DNA of 64,000 nucleotides from an uncultured virus (IMG/VR IMGVR_UViG_3300025327_000016) (IMGVR_UViG_3300025327_000016:1-64000), one strand, 5' to 3'. Shown: positions 36,778 to 47,694, counted from the stretch's first letter. Notes: generated from the sequence alone by a model not told the origin. Made by a program: numbers and translations.

Positions 36778-37461
36778 ATGGCAAGTGGTTCTCTTAGCCA
36801 ACAAACCAGATTCTATAACAGTAAAGATGCTATGTATAAGGCTATTGGCAATTACTCGTCTTTTGCTGGTGTTGATATGGTGGCATCTATTACTATTCCT
36901 CTACGTAGTCAGGAATTAGAAATTAAAGGTATTCCTGCTGGTAAGGCTAGTGGAAAGACCTATATCATAGGTAATCTACAAACACTATCTATTTCTACAC
37001 ATACAGATAAGATACCTGTTCGCGCATTAGGCTTTAGAAGTCCAAAGGGATTTACTAGTGGGCATCGCACCTACGCAGGCACGTTAATTTTTGCCGTATT
37101 TGATAAATATGCTCTGCATGATATTCGTCAAGAATTACTTAATATGTGGAATACAAAGTCGGTTTATTATCCTAAAAGTGTAATTACACCACCTAATTAT
37201 CTTATGGCAGATTCACTACCCCCATTTGATATTACCATGACAGTAGCTAATGAATACGGGCAGATGTGTACGGCTACGATTAAGGGTATTACAATAGTAG
37301 ATGATGGCATGACAATATCCATAGATGATTTAATGACAGAGCAAACTATGACCTACCAGGCACTTGCATATAAACCACTTATACCCATATATATTAATCC
37401 AGGCAATACTATATTTACAGATAAAACAGTCGATATACCTAGCACGGGTGGTATAGCCTAA
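36778..37461 (+). CDS. Tube-like (baseplate-proximal) protein
   Basis: SSFAGVD, GHRTYAGTLIF, DSLPPFDITMTVANEYG, clearly paralogous to the tube. Confidence 0.75.
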   Translation: MASGSLSQQTRFYNSKDAMYKAIGNYSSFAGVDMVASITIPLRSQELEIKGIPAGKASGKTYIIGNLQTLSISTHTDKIPVRALGFRSPKGFTSGHRTYAGTLIFAVFDKYALHDIRQELLNMWNTKSVYYPKSVITPPNYLMADSLPPFDITMTVANEYGQMCTATIKGITIVDDGMTISIDDLMTEQTMTYQALAYKPLIPIYINPGNTIFTDKTVDIPSTGGIA

Positions 37462-38255
37462 TGGCTATCGAATATAATCCCATACCCATAAGTAGAGCAT
37501 ATCCCGCTCAGTATTTCTCAGGTGCGGATGTAGCTATCTTCCTTAACGATCAATGGGTAAGTGATGTGGTTAACTTACAATTTTCACTAGAAGAACAGCT
37601 ACAACCAATCTATGGACATGCGGATTATATAGCGAATAGAATCATACGCGGTACTAGATTGGTGCGTGGTACGTTTCACATCAATTTAAGAGGAGCACTA
37701 TACTTACATGAATATCTTTATAACTACGGTAAGAGCTTCCCAGAACCATCTAGTTATATTAATGATCTAGGTAATGATTTAACCAGCATAGCAAATGAAT
37801 CCACCAACATATATGATTTAAACACTAGTGCTAGTAGTGCTTTTGATGGACCAGTAGATGTAGACTTCCAAGACTTCTTAGATAGACAACGCGGAAGATA
37901 TTGGTCGGTATCTCAAGGTTCAACTACTAACTTACAACAATTTGCAAGACAAACACCCTACTTCCAAGATATTCAAGAAGACGATCCCAAATCCATACAA
38001 TTTCCACCACTACATATTTTTATTACATATGGATATAGGGAAGATACTAGTAATCTACATAATGATATCAATAACAGATTTGCCGATGTTAGATCAATAG
38101 ACTATATCTATCCTATGTCAGTACAGCAAGTTACTGACATAACAGGACAACCTATTATGGAACAATTTACTTTTCTTGCTAAAGATATTAATCTGCGAGC
38201 TCGTATACCTGATGAGCGTAAGCGACAGAATAATATTTCCTTCCCCGAACCATAA
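37461..38255 (+). CDS. Tube-like (baseplate-proximal) protein
   Basis: YFSGAD, GTRLVRGTFHIN. Confidence 0.65.
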   Translation: MAIEYNPIPISRAYPAQYFSGADVAIFLNDQWVSDVVNLQFSLEEQLQPIYGHADYIANRIIRGTRLVRGTFHINLRGALYLHEYLYNYGKSFPEPSSYINDLGNDLTSIANESTNIYDLNTSASSAFDGPVDVDFQDFLDRQRGRYWSVSQGSTTNLQQFARQTPYFQDIQEDDPKSIQFPPLHIFITYGYREDTSNLHNDINNRFADVRSIDYIYPMSVQQVTDITGQPIMEQFTFLAKDINLRARIPDERKRQNNISFPEP

Positions 38256-38263
38256 CTATATAT

Positions 38264-38293
38264 TTGCATAATATTCTTTAGTAATGCTATAAT
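38264..38293 (+). promoter_or_regulatory. Sigma70/sigmaA-like promoter
   Basis: TTGCAT, 18 bp, TATAAT with a TG extension. Confidence 0.55.
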
Positions 38294-38343
38294 AAGATAG
38301 GCAAAGCCTATTAGAATCTTATTTGTTTTAAAAGGAGAATCAT

Positions 38344-38745
38344 ATGTCAGAAGATACTACTGTAATAGAGCAGGTTCCTCAAGTTGTTCCAGAACCTAAG
38401 AAGTATTACAATGAAGCTGGACAGGAGGTTTTGTTTCCAGGAGGTCCAACTATTGCTCAGAGAGATTATTGGAAACAAGTACATACTAATATCTATGCTA
38501 CGGATTTTATGGATGAGGTTATAATCTGGCGTGGTATTAACCGAGCTGAATATAAGAGATTGTTTAGTGAGAATTCTGGGACAGATGAATTATTATTTGA
38601 AGAGATATTGACTTCAAAAGTGATTTTATGGCCAGCTATTACTCAAACAGATCTAATTGGTAAAAAAGCAGGTATACCTGGTACGATAGTTAAACAATTA
38701 CTAGAGGTCTCAGGTTTTAATGCGCCACCCCCAATCCCACTTTAA
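38344..38745 (+). CDS. Putative tail assembly chaperone
   Basis: Position; IWRGINRAEY...AGIPGTIVKQLLEVSGF. Confidence 0.6.
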   Translation: MSEDTTVIEQVPQVVPEPKKYYNEAGQEVLFPGGPTIAQRDYWKQVHTNIYATDFMDEVIIWRGINRAEYKRLFSENSGTDELLFEEILTSKVILWPAITQTDLIGKKAGIPGTIVKQLLEVSGFNAPPPIPL

Positions 38746-38767
38746 TACTTAATTAAAATAATATGTA

Positions 38768-39373
38768 ATGATTACTCCCGAACAGATCCTTAATTGGAAA
38801 CTTGAATATAGAGGGATCTACCAAGTTAAAATTCTACAATGGAATTTTATTTTTAGATCTCTTAAGCTATTTGAGCAACAAGCTCTTATGGGATTTACTA
38901 ATGAGTGTGAACGAGAAGAGTTACTATGTAAGTTATGTATTTTATACCCAAAAGATATAGATTTACTAGAGCTTCCTATGGGAGTTGCTTCAGGGTTATC
39001 AGAAGCAATACTTACAGCATCAGGATGGGGACCTAAAGCAACTAGTTTGCTTTGTGCCTATAGAGATGAGCTAGAAGCTAACGGTTCATTTCAAGATAAG
39101 ATAGAAGCTATAGTTGCTAGATACTTTGTAATGCCATTGTGGGAAATAAAAAAGATGTCTATGCAAGAGCTATTATATCATTATAGCCGTGCAGAGTGGA
39201 TGCATGAGAACCTAGTGCTCAATCCAGTACAACTCAAACCCCCTCCAACAGCTGAAGATATATATCGTAGACGAATCAGATCTGAAGTCAATAATCCATC
39301 ACCTCGCAGTAGAGATCAGGAACGCGAAGCAATCATCCAAAAGATGTTTGGAGCTAACAACATAGGGCCATGA
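38768..39373 (+). CDS. Putative tail assembly chaperone (paralog)
   Basis: FIFRSL..E...GVASGLSEAILTASGW resembles the preceding gene. Confidence 0.6.
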   Translation: MITPEQILNWKLEYRGIYQVKILQWNFIFRSLKLFEQQALMGFTNECEREELLCKLCILYPKDIDLLELPMGVASGLSEAILTASGWGPKATSLLCAYRDELEANGSFQDKIEAIVARYFVMPLWEIKKMSMQELLYHYSRAEWMHENLVLNPVQLKPPPTAEDIYRRRIRSEVNNPSPRSRDQEREAIIQKMFGANNIGP

Positions 39374-42300
39374 CCATGTTTAAAGAATATGGGGTCTATC
39401 GAGACCCAGATGCAGAAGAGCGCAGAAGCGCTCTTCTTAAATGGAGTATGGGTGGGCTCCTCCTAGCAGGAGGAGCTGCTTTATTGTTGCGGGGAAGATC
39501 AGCTGCAGTAACTAAGCAATTTACTACTGAGATCTTGGAGCAAGGTGGCAAACTACGATATGGTCCTTCAACTAGGGCTGCTACCGAGGCTATCAGACGC
39601 GGTATACAAGAAGCATCTGAGCGTCCACTGAGTCTTCTTGAATCTCTAAGATATCAAGCACTCAAACATCCATTTATTCAAAAAGCTACAACTGTTCTAG
39701 AGGAAACATGGCCAGGACATATCCTATCTGGTATGGTTGGCTTGCGTCATGCAGTACAGGAAGCACAAACTCCCTTTGTAGTTAATCTTAGTAAGGCAGT
39801 AAGACATCCTTCTCTCCGCTTCTTAAGTAAAAATGTAGACGAAGAACTTATCTATATTAGGGGTGCTATATATGGTACTCGTAGCAAAGAGGTTCTTGGT
39901 AAGGGCTTTAAACTAACTCGTGGTGGTTTCGTAGGTGCAACATCTACTGAGGAACAATTTACTGGCACCTATTCTAAAGAATTTAGTGTTCTATTTAGTC
40001 AGGCTGTACCTGAATTATCTGATTTTACTTTCCAACAACAAGTTAAACAACATGGATTCTGGAAGAATCTAATACATGGGACGGATTATTTTGAACGTTC
40101 TAAGATTAATCAATGGTCAACTATACGTGAACGCTTCACTGGTCAACAGTCCATCTGGGAAGATGTAAGAGGATTAGGTAAAGAGCTATGGAAAGCTAGA
40201 GCATACCCAGGGGAAGTTAGTGATATATCCTTAGGCTTTATGCGTACGGCCATAAAGCTAAATGAACAAGTACGCCAAGCCCTTCCGTTTGGTAAGTACC
40301 TAGCTTTAGGCGAAGGAGCAATGTCTTCGCCTGCTGACTTTGTACTTAATGTAGTATTTGGCCGCGTTGCTCCTCTAGCTCTAGGAGCATTTTATCTAAA
40401 CTATTTAAACACTAAATCTAGAGATGTATTTGGTACGTCTCCATATGATGTATTAGCAGAAGGATATAAGCATGCTAATTTAGGATTAGCATGGCTCAAG
40501 GACATTACAGGAATAACCCCCTTTGTTAAACGCTTACATTCTATTGCTCCAGAATTAACATCTCTTGTAGCACATCCATTTGTAGATCAACCCGTAGGCT
40601 TAAGCAGGGATGAACTAGAAGAGTATTACGAGAAAGGTAGGGAACCTGTACGTAAGGGTAGATGGTGGGCAGCTATGTCGCCTGAGCTCTTCAGAGGTGG
40701 GAGAATAGAATCATATCAATCTCCATGGGTACGTAGAGCTCATGAACATCCAAGAGAGGCTTTCTTCCCTCCTAGTGAATATTATAAATATGCCAGTCTA
40801 CCAACATTAGAAAATTTAGGAATACCACTACCTCATTATCTAGATCCTTATCACTGGGAAAAGAAGTTTTATGAATCTAGACCCACACCTCTTACTGCTC
40901 CATTAGTAGAATCAACAGCTTTCTATGGACCAATAGTTAATGCTACCATAGGACAACTTATTAAACCCGTACGTCCTATGCATGTTAATGAACTTAAGGA
41001 GTATTTTAATACCCTTGCGGAACAAAACGAAACTACTCGTAAGGTTAGGGATGAGGACTTATATGGGTATGTAACCCCTGGTGGTCAGGTACAAGTTACA
41101 CAATTACAACCAACACCTACGGGAGCAGGTCCAACAAAACCCATACCTACAACAAGCGGACACGTCACAGATCAATTAGCTGACATCAATCTAAATATAC
41201 GTCAAGCTGGTGCAAGAGCAGTGGCACCCATACCCGAACAACAAGGAACTACTCCTAGATATGTATCCAGAGAACGTGTTTTAGATGCTCTAGCGCAAGC
41301 TAATGAAGGCACACGTTCAGGTAGGGTATTAGATGAGGGAGTACTTGAGAACCTAAGACCCCTATCTGAAGTCACAGATATTAATCAATTAACACCAGAT
41401 ATTATAGATCAACTAATTCATCCCGCAGGGATAGGTGTACAGTTTGCTAGAGAACAGGAGTCTATAGCGGATATATTTGGTCTTCGTGGATACATAGGTA
41501 AGACCTTAGTTGGCAATAAGACATTAGAGCAATATAGATTGGCTCAACCAGAATACACTTCATTAGAGCGTTATCTTTATCGAGATCTAAACATAGGTGG
41601 TTTCTCTCCTGATTTACCTGTAATGGGAGAGCTTTCTGAAATATTTAGACGAGCACTTAGTAGGCGAGGATATGAAGAACGTGCCAAGGAAATTAATCCA
41701 CTACTAAATACACAACCAAGCTGGCTACCTGGAACTGGTAGTATTGAGCCAGATTACTTTATCAACTTCCATCGAGCGGATCCTTATTCAGCCCTGCCAA
41801 GGGGTGAGGCTAGGTTACCTGGACCAGGATATGCTTCTATCCATGGATTGCCTCAAGATATATCAATGGAACAATATCCTCTTATGGATAGGTTAGAGAT
41901 ATTAGCTGATGTTGCTCCATATTCTAAAACATTTAAGTCATATTTAGATTATGCTACGCATGTATTAGAACCAACAGGATTACAAGGACAAGATAGAATA
42001 AACATAGAGAATGCAAGAACTAGGATAGCTGCTATACGTAAAGAAGTTGCAAAACGTAAGAAGCGTTATAATTTTGCACCATATAGATTTAGGTATGCTG
42101 GTGATGTTGAAGAACATACATTAACTGTTAAATCGATTATAGATTCACAAACAATACTTACAGAAGAATTAGCTAATCCCATTAGATTAGCGGGAATACG
42201 TGCGGCTATAGGTAAGGACAAGGAAGGATTACAGGCGTTAGAGATTACTCAACAGTTTGCTCCAATAGGCGGTAAGATAAAAGTAATACTTAATAAAGAT

Positions 42301-43947
42301 CCGCTTATTCAAGTAGCAGACGATACACTACAAACTATGCATGCTGTTGTATTTGACGAGCAAGGTAGAAAATTACAGCAAGCCCTATTGGATGCAGGAG
42401 TAGCTAAGGAGAAGGTAACCGACTACTCACCAACAGGCATACAAGCCAGATTTAGTGGAATGGAAATAGGTCTAGGTAAATCACTTGAGTGGTTTTCGCA
42501 TATGACCATACCCATACCAATTGTGGGTACAATTAAGCAAAAATTTCTACAGACAGATTCAGCGCTAGAATACTATAGAAGACGAATGGTATATGGTGCT
42601 AACTTCTATAACTGGACAAATCCATTAGGTATTATAGGTCAAGCAATACAAGGCTGGGCAGCAGAAAGTCCTATACATGGATTAATAGGCGGAGCTACTT
42701 TGGGTTTATTCTTAGGACGTACAGGTCCCGTTGCTGCCAAGTACTTGGAGCAAAGAACGCTCTCTACATTAGAGCGGTGGTATGTACGCATGGGTAGGTC
42801 TAAGGGTGTATTAGGTGCTATCGGAGGTATAGCTGGGTTATCGTATAGCTTATATCTTAAGGCTACTCACGCCATACCTGGTAAACTACAACATAGAAGA
42901 GATACGGAAGAATACTTTGATATACTTAGATATATGAAATATCAGAGATTATATGGAGCTGCCATAAGTAATATTAAAGATACCACAGGAATAGATGTAG
43001 ATAGATTACTTAACTTATTAGAAGGACAGGGTGAAGCTCGTAAGAATGAGCAACGTAGACTAACCTCTCATAAACGACATTTTCTTAGGCGTGGACTCCA
43101 TGGTTCTCATCTATTAGAGCTTCTTAAAACAGAACGAGAACTTCAACAACTAACAGCTAAGTCAGAAAAAACTAAAGAAGATAAACATCATATTAAACAG
43201 TTGCGGAAAATCCGCAAGCGTATAGCCAGTAAAGATAAGCACTTGAGAGAACACATATCACGTAAATACACTAAACGCTTAGGCGATCTTAGTAAAGAAA
43301 CACAAGTTATACCTCTAACAGAAGAGATAGCTAGAGCGATACAGTATAGAGATCTAGCTAAGACAACTCTATATGGTGTAGATCCTCATGGCGCAATGCT
43401 GGATATATTTAGAGCTATTCCTTCTCGTGAACGAGAGTTCATGGTTGAATTCATGAAAGCTCCTCCCAAGGAACGGTCAGAAATACTCAACTTAGTACCT
43501 CACAATATGCGACGAGTACTTGAGGCTAAGTGGAGGATGCCCATAGAGGATCGCCCAGATTTAGAAGAGTACTTCAAAAATCATTTTCTACCTCCCCCAG
43601 ACTGGCATGGTTGGAGTCCTGATGCTAATCTAGAAGACTATAAGATAAAGGTTATGAAGAATGAAGGATTAGATATGGCAGAGATGGGATATTATGGTCC
43701 TCGTGTAGAAGCAGCAGAGCGACAAGGCGTACTTGATATACAACCCTTTGTTCCTAGAGACGGCGGACATTTAAAAGATTACTTACATCACATACTTGGA
43801 GGGCAGGGTTTAGAAAATCTATTTATTACCGTAGAAGATACACCCAGTGAAAATCCAGATATACAAATAGATATGAGAGTTAAGCACGAACGAGAAGATC
43901 AAATACGTGAGTTCATCCGCAAAGATGGACATATGTTACTTAGGTAG
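39370..43947 (+). CDS. Large tape-measure-region protein with a degenerate SNase-like domain
   Basis: 1525 aa, hydrophobic segments; TVKSIIDSQT...IRLAGIRA...LLDAGVA at ~42110-42420. Confidence 0.65.
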   Translation: MTMFKEYGVYRDPDAEERRSALLKWSMGGLLLAGGAALLLRGRSAAVTKQFTTEILEQGGKLRYGPSTRAATEAIRRGIQEASERPLSLLESLRYQALKHPFIQKATTVLEETWPGHILSGMVGLRHAVQEAQTPFVVNLSKAVRHPSLRFLSKNVDEELIYIRGAIYGTRSKEVLGKGFKLTRGGFVGATSTEEQFTGTYSKEFSVLFSQAVPELSDFTFQQQVKQHGFWKNLIHGTDYFERSKINQWSTIRERFTGQQSIWEDVRGLGKELWKARAYPGEVSDISLGFMRTAIKLNEQVRQALPFGKYLALGEGAMSSPADFVLNVVFGRVAPLALGAFYLNYLNTKSRDVFGTSPYDVLAEGYKHANLGLAWLKDITGITPFVKRLHSIAPELTSLVAHPFVDQPVGLSRDELEEYYEKGREPVRKGRWWAAMSPELFRGGRIESYQSPWVRRAHEHPREAFFPPSEYYKYASLPTLENLGIPLPHYLDPYHWEKKFYESRPTPLTAPLVESTAFYGPIVNATIGQLIKPVRPMHVNELKEYFNTLAEQNETTRKVRDEDLYGYVTPGGQVQVTQLQPTPTGAGPTKPIPTTSGHVTDQLADINLNIRQAGARAVAPIPEQQGTTPRYVSRERVLDALAQANEGTRSGRVLDEGVLENLRPLSEVTDINQLTPDIIDQLIHPAGIGVQFAREQESIADIFGLRGYIGKTLVGNKTLEQYRLAQPEYTSLERYLYRDLNIGGFSPDLPVMGELSEIFRRALSRRGYEERAKEINPLLNTQPSWLPGTGSIEPDYFINFHRADPYSALPRGEARLPGPGYASIHGLPQDISMEQYPLMDRLEILADVAPYSKTFKSYLDYATHVLEPTGLQGQDRINIENARTRIAAIRKEVAKRKKRYNFAPYRFRYAGDVEEHTLTVKSIIDSQTILTEELANPIRLAGIRAAIGKDKEGLQALEITQQFAPIGGKIKVILNKDPLIQVADDTLQTMHAVVFDEQGRKLQQALLDAGVAKEKVTDYSPTGIQARFSGMEIGLGKSLEWFSHMTIPIPIVGTIKQKFLQTDSALEYYRRRMVYGANFYNWTNPLGIIGQAIQGWAAESPIHGLIGGATLGLFLGRTGPVAAKYLEQRTLSTLERWYVRMGRSKGVLGAIGGIAGLSYSLYLKATHAIPGKLQHRRDTEEYFDILRYMKYQRLYGAAISNIKDTTGIDVDRLLNLLEGQGEARKNEQRRLTSHKRHFLRRGLHGSHLLELLKTERELQQLTAKSEKTKEDKHHIKQLRKIRKRIASKDKHLREHISRKYTKRLGDLSKETQVIPLTEEIARAIQYRDLAKTTLYGVDPHGAMLDIFRAIPSREREFMVEFMKAPPKERSEILNLVPHNMRRVLEAKWRMPIEDRPDLEEYFKNHFLPPPDWHGWSPDANLEDYKIKVMKNEGLDMAEMGYYGPRVEAAERQGVLDIQPFVPRDGGHLKDYLHHILGGQGLENLFITVEDTPSENPDIQIDMRVKHEREDQIREFIRKDGHMLLR

Positions 43948-43963
43948 GAGTTAGTTAAATAAA

Positions 43964-46900
43964 ATGGCATTTGGACCCTTTCCAATTAATCACGGAGAAG
44001 AGAGCGCAAGAGAATCTCTTCACATAGCTAGGTCAGTTAGTAATCCTGCGTGGAGCGAGCATCTTCACAACCAAACCACTAGATCTAGTAATCTTATACT
44101 AGATCCATTTACAGGAGAGAATATTCTTATTGCTCCTCTTACTAATCAGACCTACACAACACACAAAGAAATCCAACGAGCACTATCTACCTCATTAAGC
44201 ACACCATCCTATTTTGGACAGTATCTCCATACACCACATAATGTAAGCATTAGATCTAAGATCAGTAAAATGATTAGTTTGGGTCATATAGGTGGTACAG
44301 GTGGTCCACAATTACCAACTATTAGATTTACCGCTTCTGCTTATCACGAAGGATTAACTGGTCTTCCTGTAAAGACATCACTACCAACTATTATACCTCC
44401 TTCTGGTTCTTGGCAAACACAGCTAGAAAACATGACTAGAACTGAAAAATGGAAGCTATGGCAAGACGTAACAGGTGCAATGCCTAGTGGAGGATATACA
44501 CTAGATCAAATTAAACAACTTCAGGCAAATCTTTTTCACCGAGAATTATCTGTTCAGGAATTCTTGCAAGCATATCAACAAATAGAAAAGACATCTACCA
44601 AAGATGTAGTCATAAAAACTAAGCAATTACTTAAGGCTTCTTTTGGTGCTAATATATCCTTACCTAATACTATCAAAGATATATATACTATGGAACAACA
44701 TATCTTTGAGAAAATCTTACCCTCTTTTGGAGAAGAAGTACAGGAAACTCTTAAGGGGTACCGTACAGTAGTGACTGGTTCTAGTAAGGCGCGTATGGCC
44801 TGGGAGATACACGAGCGTCCTCTTAAGATGATGGGTTCGTGGTTAGCTCAGTTTACATCTTCTCCTAAGGTAGATCGTAACTTATTGGCTCAAACAAGTA
44901 ATATAATAGAAGCTGGTGCAAAAAGAGATTTAACACAAGAATTGGCTTCTGCTAATGTGATGTCTCGTGAAAAGATGGAGGCAATGGATGTCTTACGACC
45001 CCTTTCTCAACGAGAAAGGGAAATACAATCTGGTATGGGAACAGTTTTTCAGTTTAGTCCTAAGTCCATATCTCCTCTTGCAGAAACAGCCCTACCCACA
45101 CAACTATCAGAAGCTGATGTATTTGGAACAGCATTCGAGTCCTACATGCGTCAGACACACCCACAAGCAATATATTCCTATCAGAAATTTAGACACTCTG
45201 AAGACATATTAAAACTAGTTAAGGGTCATACTGCTGAGGTTGCGGAGTTTGATGAATTTCGTAAAGTAATACAGAAAATTGCAACTCGTGCTGCTACGCA
45301 AGCACCAGGATATAGATCTAAAGCATATCTCAAGCTAGCAAAATCTACTACATTAGATTTTGCTCAACAAATGGCAGCATGGCAGGATTATATAAGATCT
45401 GGTATGTCAGAAATAGAAACAGTATCTGAGTTTGGTGCTAAAGCATCGCAAGCATCTAAAGAGTTAGCCAACATAGAGCAACTAATACAACAACATCGCG
45501 AAGCTGGTGAGCTATATGGCACACCTAAAATGCAAGCTCTTTTTGAACAGCGTGAAGATATAGCTAAGCAATTTGTAGGGCATGAGAGAATATTAGCTAG
45601 TGGTAAATCACCCAAAGACATTGTAAATTTACCCAGTCAACCTACAAACCCTCTTGAATCCTATGCTAAACCTTTTGTTGGGCCAATGCCTCAACAAGTA
45701 TTACAGCCTAAGTCAGTTCAATACAAGCGTATTACTACAGCTAAGGGGTTACAAGAATTCCTTAAGAGTCTACCATCATCTGGTCATATTGCATTAGATA
45801 CAGAAACAACAGCATTTTCTGAAGCAATAGAGAGAGTTAGATTGCTTCAGCTTTCAGCTGAGGGCGGACCTGTTGGTATTGTAGATCTCCTTAAACTACC
45901 TAAAAAGGGTAGATCTATTTTAACTGAGTTCCTCGCTAGTTCTAGACCTAAAATAATACAAAATGCTCCATTTGATATCAAAGCTTTATTAGGCGAAGGA
46001 TATAAAATCGGTGGGCAGATATACGATCCTATGGTGGCAGAGCAGGTTCTTAGTCAAACTAAGTATGGTAAATCTAACCTAGGATATCTTGCGTCTAAAT
46101 ATTTAAACATTTCCTTGCCTAAAGAAGCACAAAAATCTAAGTGGGGTGGTAGGCTATCAAAACAACGATACCAGTATGCAGCCAGAGACGTAGCCGTACT
46201 ACATGATATAATGAGTGCTCAGTCTGCAGCATTTGAACAGGTGGGTATAGAGCAATACAATATAGCTGCGAAGCAGATGACTAGTATACAGCAAAGAGCT
46301 AGAGAAAAGTTTATTACAACAACACATCTAAAATCTACAATAAAATCCACAACACCAATAATACCAACACCAACAGTAGCACCATCAGCACGACGAACAG
46401 CACCATCAACAGCATTACCAACAGCATTATCAACAGCACTACGAACAGCATTACCAACAGCACCATCAACAGCACCAATAATACCAACAACACCAATAAC
46501 AACAACACCAATAACAGCAATACCAACAGGTCCTCAAGCTACTGCAATACCTTCACCGTCTAGAGCCCAGAATATTATGGACGTTCTTACGAGTGAGCCA
46601 GGTCGTAGAAAGATCTTATCGGCAGGTGCTTCACTTGAAGCAGGTCCATGGGCAGCCATACCTGAGAAGTCTGCAGAACTTATGCGCCAGAATCAAGAGA
46701 AGCTATATGCTCTTAGTCGTGGAGTAGGATACTATGCTAAAGTAAAACCCCTTGGGGAAACTGGAGGTATGCATGAGTTAATCCTACAGTCTATGGAAAC
46801 CCACGGAGCTAAGTTTAAAATGGTAGGTACAGCAGAAGAGCTAAATGAGAAACTGCGTTCTGCTCAAGCCCAGGCATTTGTAGAAGGTATAGCTCCTGAA

Positions 46901-47692
46901 TCAGCTATAGAAGAAGTTAAAGCAAAAACTATTATTAGTGAAGCAGATTTATGGAGACGTAGATTAGATAGAGGTATTCAGCATGGCGCAGAACAAGGTG
47001 TAATAGAAAGCCACTATCAACAAACAAGTTCTCTAATAGGTAATCTAACAGAACAATACGCTCATCTACCTATGTCAGAAAGATTACGCCAGATACGTTC
47101 TGGAGCTAAGCTACAAGATCTTATGGGTAGCTTCACTGCTGCAGCTGATATCACAGAAGAAGTTGCTGGTAGTGTAGGGGCTCATGCAGCCTCTGGAGTA
47201 GCTGAGGCTGCTGAAACAATTCGTCCTAAGCCAGGAAAAGCTATTGATATGATAGAGAATGCTTTTATGCGCTTACCTCGTTCCGCGCGATGGGGATTAG
47301 GTGGTTTAGCTACAGCTGTCGTAGGTGCGGGATTACTTTCTTCTTCACTACAACTAGGTCAACGTGAACTCAAACCAGATATGATAGCACCTGGTCCAGA
47401 CATGACACCTATGCCCGATGGTTCTTACACACCTCCAGCTAGTCCATCAGTAGGTGGCACAACACGTATTATGGATGAGACAGTACCAGGTAAGGGAGGT
47501 AATGCGTATAAAGTGCGCATTAGGGCCCGCGACAGAGGAGATATAGACCCCGATCAACTACATCAATTGGTTGGTCAATCACTATCTCAAGTTCAAATGC
47601 CAACCAATATTCATATCACATCACAAGATCACCGCAAGAAAATCAAAGAAACAGTTGAAGATGAATTACTACATCTACTTCATAAAAGGTAA
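43964..47692 (+). CDS. Large tape-measure-region protein with a DEDDy 3'-5' exonuclease domain and a T/A/P repeat linker
   Basis: IALDTET, QNAPFD, YAARD at ~45785-46210; C-terminal TM segment. Confidence 0.75.
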   Translation: MAFGPFPINHGEESARESLHIARSVSNPAWSEHLHNQTTRSSNLILDPFTGENILIAPLTNQTYTTHKEIQRALSTSLSTPSYFGQYLHTPHNVSIRSKISKMISLGHIGGTGGPQLPTIRFTASAYHEGLTGLPVKTSLPTIIPPSGSWQTQLENMTRTEKWKLWQDVTGAMPSGGYTLDQIKQLQANLFHRELSVQEFLQAYQQIEKTSTKDVVIKTKQLLKASFGANISLPNTIKDIYTMEQHIFEKILPSFGEEVQETLKGYRTVVTGSSKARMAWEIHERPLKMMGSWLAQFTSSPKVDRNLLAQTSNIIEAGAKRDLTQELASANVMSREKMEAMDVLRPLSQREREIQSGMGTVFQFSPKSISPLAETALPTQLSEADVFGTAFESYMRQTHPQAIYSYQKFRHSEDILKLVKGHTAEVAEFDEFRKVIQKIATRAATQAPGYRSKAYLKLAKSTTLDFAQQMAAWQDYIRSGMSEIETVSEFGAKASQASKELANIEQLIQQHREAGELYGTPKMQALFEQREDIAKQFVGHERILASGKSPKDIVNLPSQPTNPLESYAKPFVGPMPQQVLQPKSVQYKRITTAKGLQEFLKSLPSSGHIALDTETTAFSEAIERVRLLQLSAEGGPVGIVDLLKLPKKGRSILTEFLASSRPKIIQNAPFDIKALLGEGYKIGGQIYDPMVAEQVLSQTKYGKSNLGYLASKYLNISLPKEAQKSKWGGRLSKQRYQYAARDVAVLHDIMSAQSAAFEQVGIEQYNIAAKQMTSIQQRAREKFITTTHLKSTIKSTTPIIPTPTVAPSARRTAPSTALPTALSTALRTALPTAPSTAPIIPTTPITTTPITAIPTGPQATAIPSPSRAQNIMDVLTSEPGRRKILSAGASLEAGPWAAIPEKSAELMRQNQEKLYALSRGVGYYAKVKPLGETGGMHELILQSMETHGAKFKMVGTAEELNEKLRSAQAQAFVEGIAPESAIEEVKAKTIISEADLWRRRLDRGIQHGAEQGVIESHYQQTSSLIGNLTEQYAHLPMSERLRQIRSGAKLQDLMGSFTAAADITEEVAGSVGAHAASGVAEAAETIRPKPGKAIDMIENAFMRLPRSARWGLGGLATAVVGAGLLSSSLQLGQRELKPDMIAPGPDMTPMPDGSYTPPASPSVGGTTRIMDETVPGKGGNAYKVRIRARDRGDIDPDQLHQLVGQSLSQVQMPTNIHITSQDHRKKIKETVEDELLHLLHKR
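46345..46528 (+). repeat. Low-complexity tract including AACAGC 12-mer repeats (TALP/TAPS)
   Basis: Same unit as 1-640. Confidence 0.85.
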
Positions 47693-47694
47693 AT

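Noticed and set aside
43964..47692. DNA polymerase I gene
   Set aside because: Only the 3'-5' exonuclease motifs are present; no polymerase motifs recognised
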